64,000 bases of DNA. Source: Carpediemonas membranifera BICM. Its lineage: Eukaryota > Protista > Fornicata. A model generated the notes under the pieces. It searched no databases. It had not been told where the DNA came from and saw only the letters and a program-made list of their open reading frames with translations. Positions 20,955 to 30,325 of the stretch are shown in pieces (the first letter of the stretch is position 1; each line of letters opens with the position of its first letter). The stretch spans positions 601,062-665,061 of the forward strand of contig JAHDYR010000064.1 in the NCBI GenBank assembly GCA_019828565.1, in the 5' to 3' direction. The translations under genes and the position numbers were made by a program.

Positions 20955-21038
20955 TATTGTACAGTTTGGTCACTTTGATCGTTCCTTTCAGGCCCTGTCT
21001 GGAGGTTCGAACAAGTTTATGTTTATACTGCGCAACAC
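20900..21038 (+). ncRNA. Candidate Fanzor omega-RNA 3' scaffold plus guide
   Basis: Imperfect hairpin at 20972-21016 just after the stop and 3 nt before the insert end; the next 19 nt would be the guide. 5' boundary unknown. Confidence 0.4.
21020..21038 (+). repeat. 19-bp direct repeat, right copy
   Basis: Identical to 20321-20339. It continues CGCAAATAGCT, which also precedes the left copy. Confidence 0.9.
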
Positions 21039-21092
21039 CGCAAATAGCTATGGCAAGTCAACACTAATTTACCCGCGCCGACAAGGTTGCGG

Positions 21093-21869
21093 TTACTCGT
21101 CGTCCTCGTATGACCCGCCGACCTCCGCATCCATGCTCTCCTGCATCGTGAGCTCGCCCTCAAGTTCCATGAAGATCGACCTGCGAAGATGCTTCGTATC
21201 CTTGCTCCACAGGTCCGTTACGGCCCAGCTGTGGTCAGGGCAATGGGACACGCACCGGCCGCACAACCAGGGGTCGATGCTTTTGAACCAGATCCGGTCG
21301 CAGCGCCAAGAGGTCGACATAAACTCGAACGAGTCGAACACAGTCACAGTCTTCTTGTGCCACCGCGAACCGATGCACCTCTTCGAGTCGGCGTCGGCCG
21401 GGTCACCGAGGTAGACCTCTATGTGGACGATGTTGTGCTTCTGCCTCTTCATGTTCTCCTTGACGTAGGTGCCCTCGTAGAAAATCAGGTCGCCGGGCTT
21501 GAGGTCACGGTGGCTGTCTGCCGCATCCGGGAGTGTGTCGAACATGTAGGCCTGGTTCCAGCGGCCGATGGTGAAGCCGAAGTCCTCGGCCAGGTCGTCC
21601 ATGGCCTTCCGGACGAGCCCGCAACAGTCCAGAAACAGCGGGGCGTCATAAAACGGAGAATCTGGGCCGTGGAAGCGCTTAGCGTACGGTACACCCTGAT
21701 ATTTCATGAGCTGATCAACGAACTTGTGGCGCAGGGCATCCTTCTGCTCTTCAGACCTGATTGGGCCTTCTGCGTTGTTTTCGCCATAGCGCAACTTAAA
21801 CTCGGTCTTTTTCTTCGCTTGGAACTTCTTGAATGCGTCCTGAAGCGATACCTGTTCACTTTGAGGCAT
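21093..21869 (-). CDS. NlpC/P60 (papain-like) family protein
   Basis: KYQGVPY, catalytic Cys in LDCCGLV, LKPGDLIFY, catalytic His in HIEVYLG. Likely start MPQSEQ at 21869. Confidence 0.85.
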   Translation of the reverse strand: MPQSEQVSLQDAFKKFQAKKKTEFKLRYGENNAEGPIRSEEQKDALRHKFVDQLMKYQGVPYAKRFHGPDSPFYDAPLFLDCCGLVRKAMDDLAEDFGFTIGRWNQAYMFDTLPDAADSHRDLKPGDLIFYEGTYVKENMKRQKHNIVHIEVYLGDPADADSKRCIGSRWHKKTVTVFDSFEFMSTSWRCDRIWFKSIDPWLCGRCVSHCPDHSWAVTDLWSKDTKHLRRSIFMELEGELTMQESMDAEVGGSYEDDE

Positions 21870-22139
21870 TTCGGCAGAATTTGGGTGGTTTTTGGTATTG
21901 CTCGAGTCGAACAACGGGACCAGACCTCACTGCATTACAGGGGACCTCCCGCCCCATGCCCCCATGCAGTGAATGGGATGGTGATGAATACTGACGAACC
22001 CGACCAATGCTCAGTCGTCCCTGGACACAGGGGTCGGGTGGGCTGGTCATGCACCCTAACTGCGATCACAGCAAGCGATCTGGACCTTGCACTGACGCTC
22101 AATCTCGTTTGGGCAAAACTGCCCATGCGTTCGACAACG

Positions 22140-23585
22140 ATGGCAGTGAACTCGCATATTCACGCCCTCCAGGTTCTCCCCGTTGTATTACTAACTACCT
22201 TTGTGTGCATTATTGCTCATAAGGGATTCATTTTATCCGCTTACCTGCTTGTTGCTGCTGTGCTCTTCCTCGTCATCCCCTACCGCGTTGTCTTCTTCCT
22301 TGGCGACTTCAAATACCGTAAGACGTTCACACACAGTGCGTATGTGGTCCTTCTATTGCCAATTGTCGTGGTGGCGTCTCCCCTTCCACCACCAGCCACC
22401 GTCGCTGCAGCCCTCTTCCCGGTGTCCGCCGCCGTCTACATCTTCGCGCGGAACACGTTGCAGCTCAATGACCTGGCCTGTTGTATCATTCAGCTCGCTC
22501 TCCTGCCCCTGCTCGCCGCCGTCCCCGCCCCCTTTGGGTCTCTCTCGACCATGGCTCAGAATGCCGGTATCCTCGCCGCATACTACGGCATCACCGTATC
22601 CTTGCTGTCCGCGTTTCCGGGTGTGTTCAATCTTGGCGAGGCGCTGCTGTGCGCTTCCTTACTCGGCTTCGGAGTGCATCAATCGGCCATCATCGGCCCA
22701 TCAACACTAGCTCCCACCGCCATCATCGCAACGGTCATTGTCTCCGTCGTATTCTCCCTGGTCCCAGTCCGTGGCATGACCCGCATTGCCGTGTGCGCGG
22801 CGGCGTGGGGCGTGAGTGTCGCCCTCATGCTGCCGTCCGTCCCCCGGTTCTCCCCTGCGGCCCTGGCCTGCACCGCATACATGGCGGTCGTCATGGTGGC
22901 CGGCGTCCACGCCATCTACCGGCTGCCACTGTCCAACACGCACGCCAGGAAGGCCTTCCACGCCCTGTACGCACTGATCGTGGCCCCCGTCATCGTCGTT
23001 GCCCCGGACTTCGCCGCATACGCTATCACCGCGGCCCTGAATGTATTCCTCTTCATCGCCATGGCGCACCCGGCCATCTCGGTGCCCGGGCTGGCCCGCT
23101 TCGCCGACGCCAAGGACGCCGTCGCCCCCGTGAGCCCGGTCTTCCTCCTCGCCGCGCCCCTCGCGCCCCTGCTCACCGGTTTCGGGCCTGTGGCGTCATG
23201 TTCCGCGGCCATGGCGGTGTGGGTTGGGGACAGCTTGGCCGCCATTGTCGGGAGCCGTGGCAGACGCCTGGCCGTCGCCCCCGCCCCCGTCTCGGTCCTG
23301 ACCGACCCAGCCAGTCCCGTCAGCAGACGCCGGCAGCCTACCGGCAAGCACTGGGAGGGTGTCTGGGCGATGACGGGAGGGCTGGCGGCCGTGTGGGTGG
23401 CCCTGGCGCTGCCCCTCGCCCGTGGCCTGACGATCGACCGCGCTGTCCTCTTCATCATGGCCAATATTATCGGGGCAGCGGTATGCGCTCTTGGTGAACT
23501 TGTGACAGACGCGAATGACAACCTGACGCTGCCTCTGGCTGGCGTGGCCACGATCGCCGTCATCAGCCACACTGTGCCGCTATAG
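22140..23585 (+). CDS. DOLK: Dolichol kinase (Sec59/DOLK)
   Basis: Polytopic membrane protein with RKAFH, VGDSLAAIVG, GKHWEG, NDNLTLP. True start is probably ATG 22140, not the ORF-track start 21189. Confidence 0.85.
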   Translation: MAVNSHIHALQVLPVVLLTTFVCIIAHKGFILSAYLLVAAVLFLVIPYRVVFFLGDFKYRKTFTHSAYVVLLLPIVVVASPLPPPATVAAALFPVSAAVYIFARNTLQLNDLACCIIQLALLPLLAAVPAPFGSLSTMAQNAGILAAYYGITVSLLSAFPGVFNLGEALLCASLLGFGVHQSAIIGPSTLAPTAIIATVIVSVVFSLVPVRGMTRIAVCAAAWGVSVALMLPSVPRFSPAALACTAYMAVVMVAGVHAIYRLPLSNTHARKAFHALYALIVAPVIVVAPDFAAYAITAALNVFLFIAMAHPAISVPGLARFADAKDAVAPVSPVFLLAAPLAPLLTGFGPVASCSAAMAVWVGDSLAAIVGSRGRRLAVAPAPVSVLTDPASPVSRRRQPTGKHWEGVWAMTGGLAAVWVALALPLARGLTIDRAVLFIMANIIGAAVCALGELVTDANDNLTLPLAGVATIAVISHTVPL

Positions 23586-23721
23586 GGCCTGCCCTTGTCC
23601 GCTATTAAAACCCTGCGCTCTCTCAACTGGACGCGACCGGCCTCTGTGTTTACGGATTCAATACCACACCCTGTCGGCCAAGGATTGGAGTCAAGAGGGC
23701 GCCTTCGATTACCATTACCAT

Positions 23722-25290
23722 TTACAGGAAGAACGTCAGCGGGATAGACACAAGCAGGGGCGCCATGCCCAGGACGTACGGCACCCGGTACGACCCGGTC
23801 AGCCCCACGGCCATGGTCCCACTAACGGTGCACAGCATCTGGGGCAGCGTCTCGGCCGAGAAGACCAGGGTGTTCACGAGGCCGGCGTCGCTGATGTGGG
23901 TGTAATGGGCCGCCCGGCTGAACACAAAGTTCGTGGCTGCGCCGAAACCCGAGCCCATGAGCAACTGCGCGGCGACGAAGACATAAATATTGGGGGCGAA
24001 CGCGTTCATCGCCAACCCGATGAACATCACGACGTTGAACCCCGCGCCGAGCAGGAGCGGCCGGATCTTGGCGACGCGCTTCAGCCTTCCCATGACGGCG
24101 TCTAGAATGAGCCACGTGGCGACTGCGGTCAGGGTCCCGATCGAGATGATCGAGTCAGAGGTGCCTGCGAACCCAGCGCCCTGTTCGTACTGCTCGTATG
24201 CAGTGCTACCCTTGGGGGCGTGGGGGTCGCCCTGGAAGAGGATGTAGCCGAGGAACTGGGGGTTGAACGTCCACGGCACCCACGCCGAGTAGAACACCAG
24301 CATGCACCACACCAGCACACCCACCACCTGGCCCCACGACGTCCGCGTTCTGTGGGCAGGCGGCTTGGCGACCCCTTCGACCTCCTCGACGGGGCCCGTC
24401 ACCGGCAGCAGAGGCACATCCTTGGGCCGCTCGGCCGCAGTCGACTTGGCGTCCTTGTCGCGGCAGGCTCGGGCCTCTGCCTTTGAGAGGAACAGCGGGA
24501 GAGACGTCACGAGGAAGATGGCGACGCCGATAGGGTAGTAGACGTTCATGGTGGGGCCGACGGGGAGGTATTCGCCAACCTGGAAGGACGTCGCCTGGAA
24601 GCCGAGGATCATCGACCCGCCGATGACGGCGGTCATGAGGACGTGCGAGACCTCCTCCAGCCGCTCATCGGCGACGGTGGATATCATGGCTCGGACGAAA
24701 GACTCGATGGTCTTGTTCGTGAAGTCAATGAGCGTATTCAGCACCAGCTGTGAGACCAGGATGAATCGATCGGGCAGCTGTGGGAACATCGTGCCGGAGG
24801 TCAGCGGGACACAGAGCGTGGCCAGGCAGCAGACAAGGATGGTCACCGTCAGGATGAGGCGGCGGGAGCCGTACCCGTAACGGATGGCCCGGGGCATCAC
24901 GCGGTCGCTAGCCCACCCCGCAATGGGGATGACGATGACCGAGATGATGGGGGATAGCTGGAAGGGCAGCGTGCTGAGCTCGCCGGACGCCCCGTGCTCG
25001 AGCAGGGTTGAGGTGGTCCATGCATAGACACCGGACCACGCCAGCTCCATGCCGGCGATGGCGGTAATGAGCAGGCAAATCGTGATGGCGTTCTTACCTG
25101 GATAACCGATGGAGCGGAAATAACCGCCGAATGCGAGTAATCGGCGGGAATGTAACAAACCAAGTGGGGAGGTGAAGAAGGACAGGAATGTGGTCTTAAG
25201 CTGATGTTTTTGAACTTCGGAGGGCATAGGAGCCGTGGATTTGTTGAGATTGGGTTGTTCGATTTCTTGATCATTCAAGGGACTATACAT
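23722..25290 (-). CDS. MFS sugar transporter, SLC45/sucrose-H+ symporter-like
   Basis: AGMELAWS, PIAGWASDR, GSRR, FQGDPHAP...YEQGA; about 12 TM helices. Confidence 0.82.
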   Translation of the reverse strand: MYSPLNDQEIEQPNLNKSTAPMPSEVQKHQLKTTFLSFFTSPLGLLHSRRLLAFGGYFRSIGYPGKNAITICLLITAIAGMELAWSGVYAWTTSTLLEHGASGELSTLPFQLSPIISVIVIPIAGWASDRVMPRAIRYGYGSRRLILTVTILVCCLATLCVPLTSGTMFPQLPDRFILVSQLVLNTLIDFTNKTIESFVRAMISTVADERLEEVSHVLMTAVIGGSMILGFQATSFQVGEYLPVGPTMNVYYPIGVAIFLVTSLPLFLSKAEARACRDKDAKSTAAERPKDVPLLPVTGPVEEVEGVAKPPAHRTRTSWGQVVGVLVWCMLVFYSAWVPWTFNPQFLGYILFQGDPHAPKGSTAYEQYEQGAGFAGTSDSIISIGTLTAVATWLILDAVMGRLKRVAKIRPLLLGAGFNVVMFIGLAMNAFAPNIYVFVAAQLLMGSGFGAATNFVFSRAAHYTHISDAGLVNTLVFSAETLPQMLCTVSGTMAVGLTGSYRVPYVLGMAPLLVSIPLTFFL

Positions 25291-25565
25291 TTGTAGCGGT
25301 CTCTAAGGCTGCTCGAAATGGTTCTAGATACGTGGAGATGCGAGCTACACGTCTGCGCGAACTTTGTGGTATTGACTCCATCGACTCGAGCTGATTCCCT
25401 CAAGATCGGCTGCCCGCCAATGCCATTTTCAAATGCAGAGGACTGTTCATCCCAAATATATCCCTTTTGGTTTTTGTTTGGCGTCCGCCCGGCGTCTGAA
25501 CTCGGTGCAGTTTTTGGCTTTTTGAAAACGAGTCAGTATATGGCCAAAACCGGTGAAAATTTACA

Positions 25566-27002
25566 TTACGCTTGTTCCAATGCCGGGATAGATTGAACAA
25601 TGCCATGGCTGGTCCCGTTCCACGCTTGGCCGGACGCCCCGGTCACGGTGACGCCCCCCTTCCCCCGGGCGGCTGTGACCCGGTCTCCGACAGCCCACGA
25701 CACCGCTGAGCCTTGGCACTCATGCGCCCCCAGCGTGACACCGCCCATCGTCAGGCAGACCACGCGGTCCTGGTCACTGACGATGGCGTCGACGGGGTGG
25801 GGGAGCGGCAGGGCCACGGGGGCCACGACAACCTCGCCGATCTCAAACCCCGCCAGCGCTCGGCAAACAGGGCTCGCCCGGCCCGCGAATAGCACGCGTC
25901 CTGCAGAGAGCAGCATGATCCCTCGACCCAGGAGTGCCACAGCGTCGACTGGCGTCGGGATGCGGCTAAACCCGACGACGGGACGGGTATGGCCCAGCCC
26001 TAGGGCACCGAAGCTGTTGTCGCCTGCGACGAAAGCGGCCCGGCCCGGTGTGAGGAGGGCGACGGCGTGCTTCGACGAGACAACGTTGCATGGACGGAGA
26101 CGGAGGGGGAGGAGCAGCCACGACGGCACCGTCAGGAAGCGGCGGAATCCGAGGCGGCCATGCTGGTTTGACCCCGCGACGAGAACACCCGCCAGAGTTA
26201 CCAGCACCGTCTCCCGATGGCCGATGAAGGCGTCCACGACCAGCGCCCGCTGCTGCCACGGGCCGAGGCTGTCGAGGGTGTTCTCCGCCTCCGGCGCGTC
26301 TGTGAAGACGAGGGGGCCCGGTGGGGTCGGGCCGCCGTGCCCCAGGCCCAGGGCAAACCACCCGTTCGCACCCCACCCCCATGGCCCGGCTGCCGTCACG
26401 GCCAGCGTTGTTCCGAAGCCATGGTACAGCTTGTGGACGGGGGGCACCGGGACCCGGGAGCGGCCCTGGAACAGCCGGCCCGAGTAGCAGCGGAGGTCGG
26501 CGGGAACAGCGCTGCCGGGCATCACGAAAACGGGCAGGGCACCATCGAGAGCAGCGGTGGCTGTGAAGAGTGTCTTGCGGCACAGGAACCACAGCGCCGC
26601 GGGGCGGGGGCTGTCTATGGGGCTAGCACCGGCAGTGAGGAAACAAGCCCAGATCGTGCCTTGGAGCAGCGTGTGCAGGGCATCTGGGAGTTCCTCGCCC
26701 TCTGCCAGCTCGACGTTCATCGACAGCGTGGGGCCGTCTATGAGGATGGAGCGGGCCCGGTCAATGAGGACACGGGCGCTGGCGCAGAGGGGCAGAGGGC
26801 GCGTGAGTATCGCAAGGAGGCTGCGAATGTCGCCATACTCTTCGATACCGCTCCCATCGCCGATGGCAACGCCAAAGTGACGGGAATACGCCACTGCGAG
26901 CAGTGAGGGGATATTGCCAGAGATATGATCGGTAACAGAAACTGCAAGTCGATAGGCCGATATCATCACATCACGAGTGATTTGTTGCGTTTCCTCGGCC
27001 AT
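25566..27002 (-). CDS. RCC1/BLIP-II repeat protein
   Basis: WGWGANGWFALGLGH, VAGSNQHGRLG and VAGDNSFGALGLGH repeats. Confidence 0.8.
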   Translation of the reverse strand: MAEETQQITRDVMISAYRLAVSVTDHISGNIPSLLAVAYSRHFGVAIGDGSGIEEYGDIRSLLAILTRPLPLCASARVLIDRARSILIDGPTLSMNVELAEGEELPDALHTLLQGTIWACFLTAGASPIDSPRPAALWFLCRKTLFTATAALDGALPVFVMPGSAVPADLRCYSGRLFQGRSRVPVPPVHKLYHGFGTTLAVTAAGPWGWGANGWFALGLGHGGPTPPGPLVFTDAPEAENTLDSLGPWQQRALVVDAFIGHRETVLVTLAGVLVAGSNQHGRLGFRRFLTVPSWLLLPLRLRPCNVVSSKHAVALLTPGRAAFVAGDNSFGALGLGHTRPVVGFSRIPTPVDAVALLGRGIMLLSAGRVLFAGRASPVCRALAGFEIGEVVVAPVALPLPHPVDAIVSDQDRVVCLTMGGVTLGAHECQGSAVSWAVGDRVTAARGKGGVTVTGASGQAWNGTSHGIVQSIPALEQA

Positions 27003-27561
27003 TTCCAAGTCTGTCGGTCCTCACGTTCGTAAAGTTTGCAATGCGGCAATGCGAAGGAACGGAAGCTGGCTTCCTCGGCAAAAGCTCAGTCCTCTCAGTA
27101 ATTTTACTCATGTACCGAAAGAAAAAGGCTTGATGTTGGTTACAAATTGAGTATTGCACGTTCATGCGCCAGGACGTCATCGATAGTGTCCCGAAATGAG
27201 TCGCGTGCTGCTATTATAGACTTCAATTACGGGCGAGAAGAAATCATTACTGCAACTGCCAGCTGGAGAGTCATTATAGTGTTGTAGTGTTGTGATTCCA
27301 ACTTCGACACATGGGTGTCGTCGAGTCGATTTCCACAAAACCATTTACACCTATACATACCTCTCAATGTACCGGTCCACACCGGTCCAAGTCTGTCCAA
27401 CACCGGCCAGCCTATAGGCCGGGGGCGGAGCTGCCACTAACGCTGGCAAAACGACGATAAGCTTCGTAGTTGCCCCTGTTGATGGCAATCGAGTCAATTC
27501 TGACAAAGTGAGGCCGATGCAAGGGATGAATGTGCGACGATATTTATGTCCAGCCGGCCCA

Positions 27562-28674
27562 TCACTTCTCCACACACACCACCCGCCGCCCCTCCGTCTG
27601 GGGCGTCTGCATCCCAGGTATGGCGCAGACCGCGCGGGTCAGGAGGACCAGGCGGTACTGCCCGGGGCGCTCCTCAGACACACGGGTGATGACGTCGATG
27701 GGGCCGCAGAGAACGTCCACGAGTGTCCCGCGGGGGTCGCCATTCGAAAGGTTATCGCCATCGGGCAGGGTGAGTGTGATCACGGGCGCCGTGCCAGCCC
27801 CATAGTCGTCCATGACGGCCTTGACGCCGACGTCGGGGCCCATGTCAGCCACTGGTCTCGGCCCGCTCGTCTCTGGGTCGGCGGGGTGGTCCTCTGGCGC
27901 GGCGGGCTCATCCACGGGGGCTTCGCTGAGGATGCCGTCCCTGGTGACTGCGGCCGTCCTGTCGCTGAAGGTCTGGATGTAGTCGTCCATCTCTTCCGAG
28001 CTCAGGGCCGACAGCGCCCCGAAGTCCGCCGGGGAGAGCGGCAGCATCAGCTCGGTCTGCCCCCTGCGGACACTGACCAGGAATGTATACGCATCAACGG
28101 GGCTGGCCGTGAAGGCATCGAGCAGGACGAGCTGCGCCATGCTCTCGGCGGGGAGAGAGTCGTCATCCACCTCACGGAGGCCATGCTGCAGAATCTCCCG
28201 GCTCTGCTCCTCCCCGGCAACGTGCTCTGCATGTGTACGCCCGTCTGTGTAACGCCGCCCGCACACGAAGAGCTTCTGGTCCGTCGTGCGGGATGTCTGC
28301 GTGACGTAAAGCATATCGGGCCGAATACAGAAGAGGTATGAGTACTTCTTGAGCGCCATCTCCGCGACGCACCGGCCGTCGAGCTCCGAGTGGAGGACGG
28401 CGATAGCTAACGCCTCGGCGTCGTCGGGAAGCGGCAACTGGGAAGTCAATTCGCCTTCAGTGGTGTTTGAGCGCGTATACTGATCATCTTTGGGGATGTA
28501 GCAGTCATAATTCTTCCCGTAGGCGTCTGCAATTTCGTAAATATCAAACTGATCCCCATTCGCCTCAACAAAGGGTGGAAGAGACGTCACAAAACGAATA
28601 CTATTGCTATAGTCCAAACTATGGGCGATGCAGATGCTGACAAGAATCAGTATCAAGAGCGCGCGTCCTATCAT
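27562..28674 (-). CDS. Secreted/ER MRH-domain lectin, OS-9/Yos9-like
   Basis: Signal peptide; YDCYIP, C....KYSYLFC...YVTQ; C-terminal DG..L.NG..R...V..LC...ITRVSE..PGQY.L...T.AVC. Confidence 0.65.
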   Translation of the reverse strand: MIGRALLILILVSICIAHSLDYSNSIRFVTSLPPFVEANGDQFDIYEIADAYGKNYDCYIPKDDQYTRSNTTEGELTSQLPLPDDAEALAIAVLHSELDGRCVAEMALKKYSYLFCIRPDMLYVTQTSRTTDQKLFVCGRRYTDGRTHAEHVAGEEQSREILQHGLREVDDDSLPAESMAQLVLLDAFTASPVDAYTFLVSVRRGQTELMLPLSPADFGALSALSSEEMDDYIQTFSDRTAAVTRDGILSEAPVDEPAAPEDHPADPETSGPRPVADMGPDVGVKAVMDDYGAGTAPVITLTLPDGDNLSNGDPRGTLVDVLCGPIDVITRVSEERPGQYRLVLLTRAVCAIPGMQTPQTEGRRVVCVEK

Positions 28675-28760
28675 GTCGTCTGTGGCAAGACTGCGCGGCA
28701 TTCAAGCTATCAGTTCAACCGCGGCCATTGGTCGGTGAGTGTTCACAAGCTAACAGTCTT

Positions 28761-30168
28761 TTACTGGATCCACTTGCGGATGTGGGCGAGCTCGACCTGC
28801 CGGGCGTGGACGACACTGGCAGGGTCGGCCGGGTTGCTCGAGCGCAGGTCCAGGTGGTGGGCGCCACCCTCGATGCGGAGTACAATTGAGTCTACGTCGG
28901 CGGGTATATCCTCAGGCTGGATGCACCCGGCAGTCCAAGGGTCGAGATCGCCCTGCGAGAAGACAAGGTTGCTGGTCCCGACCCGCCTGCCGCCGTACAT
29001 GTGGCGGACATGGTCCGGGCGGGGCTCAATGCCGTAGTCCGAGCGACATGAGGCGATGTATGCGGTCATGTCGAAAGACTCTGCGGGGAACAAGCCTCCG
29101 TCGGACCCCTGGGGGAACTGGGTAATGGGCGCGGGGGTGAACAAACGACCATCTCGTTGCAGGCCTGGATATTCCACAGGGACATGCCCAGGTTGGGGGT
29201 GGGGGAGCCACCGACGTCCAGGCAGGGCTCGGTGCCCGTGTAGTTGCGGTACAGGTCGACCACGGCCTGCACGGCCAGGACGGGCTCCGTGTGCTTGTCC
29301 GCACGGCGGCAGGCCTCGACGTTGGGGTATCCAGGGAGAGGCGTGAGGAAGTCGGCGGGGTAGGGGTAGCTGATCATCGCCATGTACGCCAGCGCGTCGC
29401 TGATCACGCCGATGAGCGCGCCACTGTCTGAGATCGGCTTACATGTTTTGAAATCGGCACTGAGCTGCGCCAGCCCGGTGGCGGTCTTGCCACGGGCCTC
29501 GATGTCGAGCATTCCCTGCCTCAGCGCAGGGGAGCATGTGAAGTCGGCCTCAATGATCTTGTTGAAGTCGTACTGGTTCGATATCCCGCGGAAGAGGGCC
29601 ACGGGGGCTGATGACGCAATGGCGCCGGCCCAGATGTGGGGGTACTTCATGCGGGCCCAGGCCGACAGCATGCCGCCGTATGAACCGCCGAATGCAACAA
29701 CAGGGACGCGGTGAGTGGGATGGTGGGTCTTCCAGTCGTCGAGGAAGTCGGCATAGTCGGCGAGCGCCTGCTCAGAGGACAGCCAGGCCATGTTGGACGG
29801 GTCCTTCAGGGTGCGGCTCCCGAACGGCAGCGACTGGCCGTAGTAGCGGTGCTGGGTAAAGTGGCAAATGAGTGGCATACCTCAACAAAGAGAACGAGGG
29901 CGTTCAGCTCCTCGGCAAACTCGAACATGGCTCCGGTGTTTTTGTAGAAGTTGTCAATTGTCCCTTCGTTCCCCGTGTAGAAGAGGATGGAGGATGGCTT
30001 GTTGTTCTTCACATATCCGTCGTAGGCCAGGTAGCGGATGCGGAAGGTCCTCGTGTCAAAAAGAGCGAAATGGTCAAGCTTCGTTGTGAACCAGCCGCTT
30101 TCTGTGGGCTGTGGTATATCCAAAGCGCATATGGTAACGATCAGAAGCAAGACGACAGCGACCTTCAT
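28761..30168 (-). CDS. PRCP: Lysosomal Pro-X carboxypeptidase (peptidase S28), 3 exons
   Basis: LDHF, YTGNEG, E|HRYYGQS, GGSYGGML, QACNEMV|FP, GDLDPW, GAHHLDL. Exons joined by introns 29852-29880 and 29118-29146. Confidence 0.93.
29118..29146 (-). other. 29-nt spliceosomal intron
   Basis: GTTTGT...ATTACCCAG; removal restores CNEMV-FPQGSDG. Confidence 0.85.
29852..29880 (-). other. 29-nt spliceosomal intron
   Basis: GTATGC...TTTACCCAG; removal restores FVE-HRYYG. Confidence 0.9.
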
Positions 30169-30325
30169 TTTTTGATTGGAAACATAAACTGCACCCTCAA
30201 CTCAAACATGAACTGAAGCCCAGCAGTCTCACAGATGAGCAGAGTGCAGGCTGGGACAGGCTCGCGAGTTGTTGGACGACATAATCTCACACTGTCATTT
30301 GACGACAGACGAAAAGGGCCGCCAC

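Noticed and set aside
20303-21049. CRISPR-like array
   Set aside because: Only two repeat copies ~700 bp apart around coding-derived DNA, in a eukaryotic context.
21189-22139. N-terminal 317 aa of the 798-aa ORF, suggesting a fusion to dolichol kinase
   Set aside because: It is the antisense shadow of the NlpC/P60 gene plus intergenic DNA.
27400-27490. Run of short stems in an intergenic region
   Set aside because: Stems are only 4-6 bp and match no RNA family I recognise.
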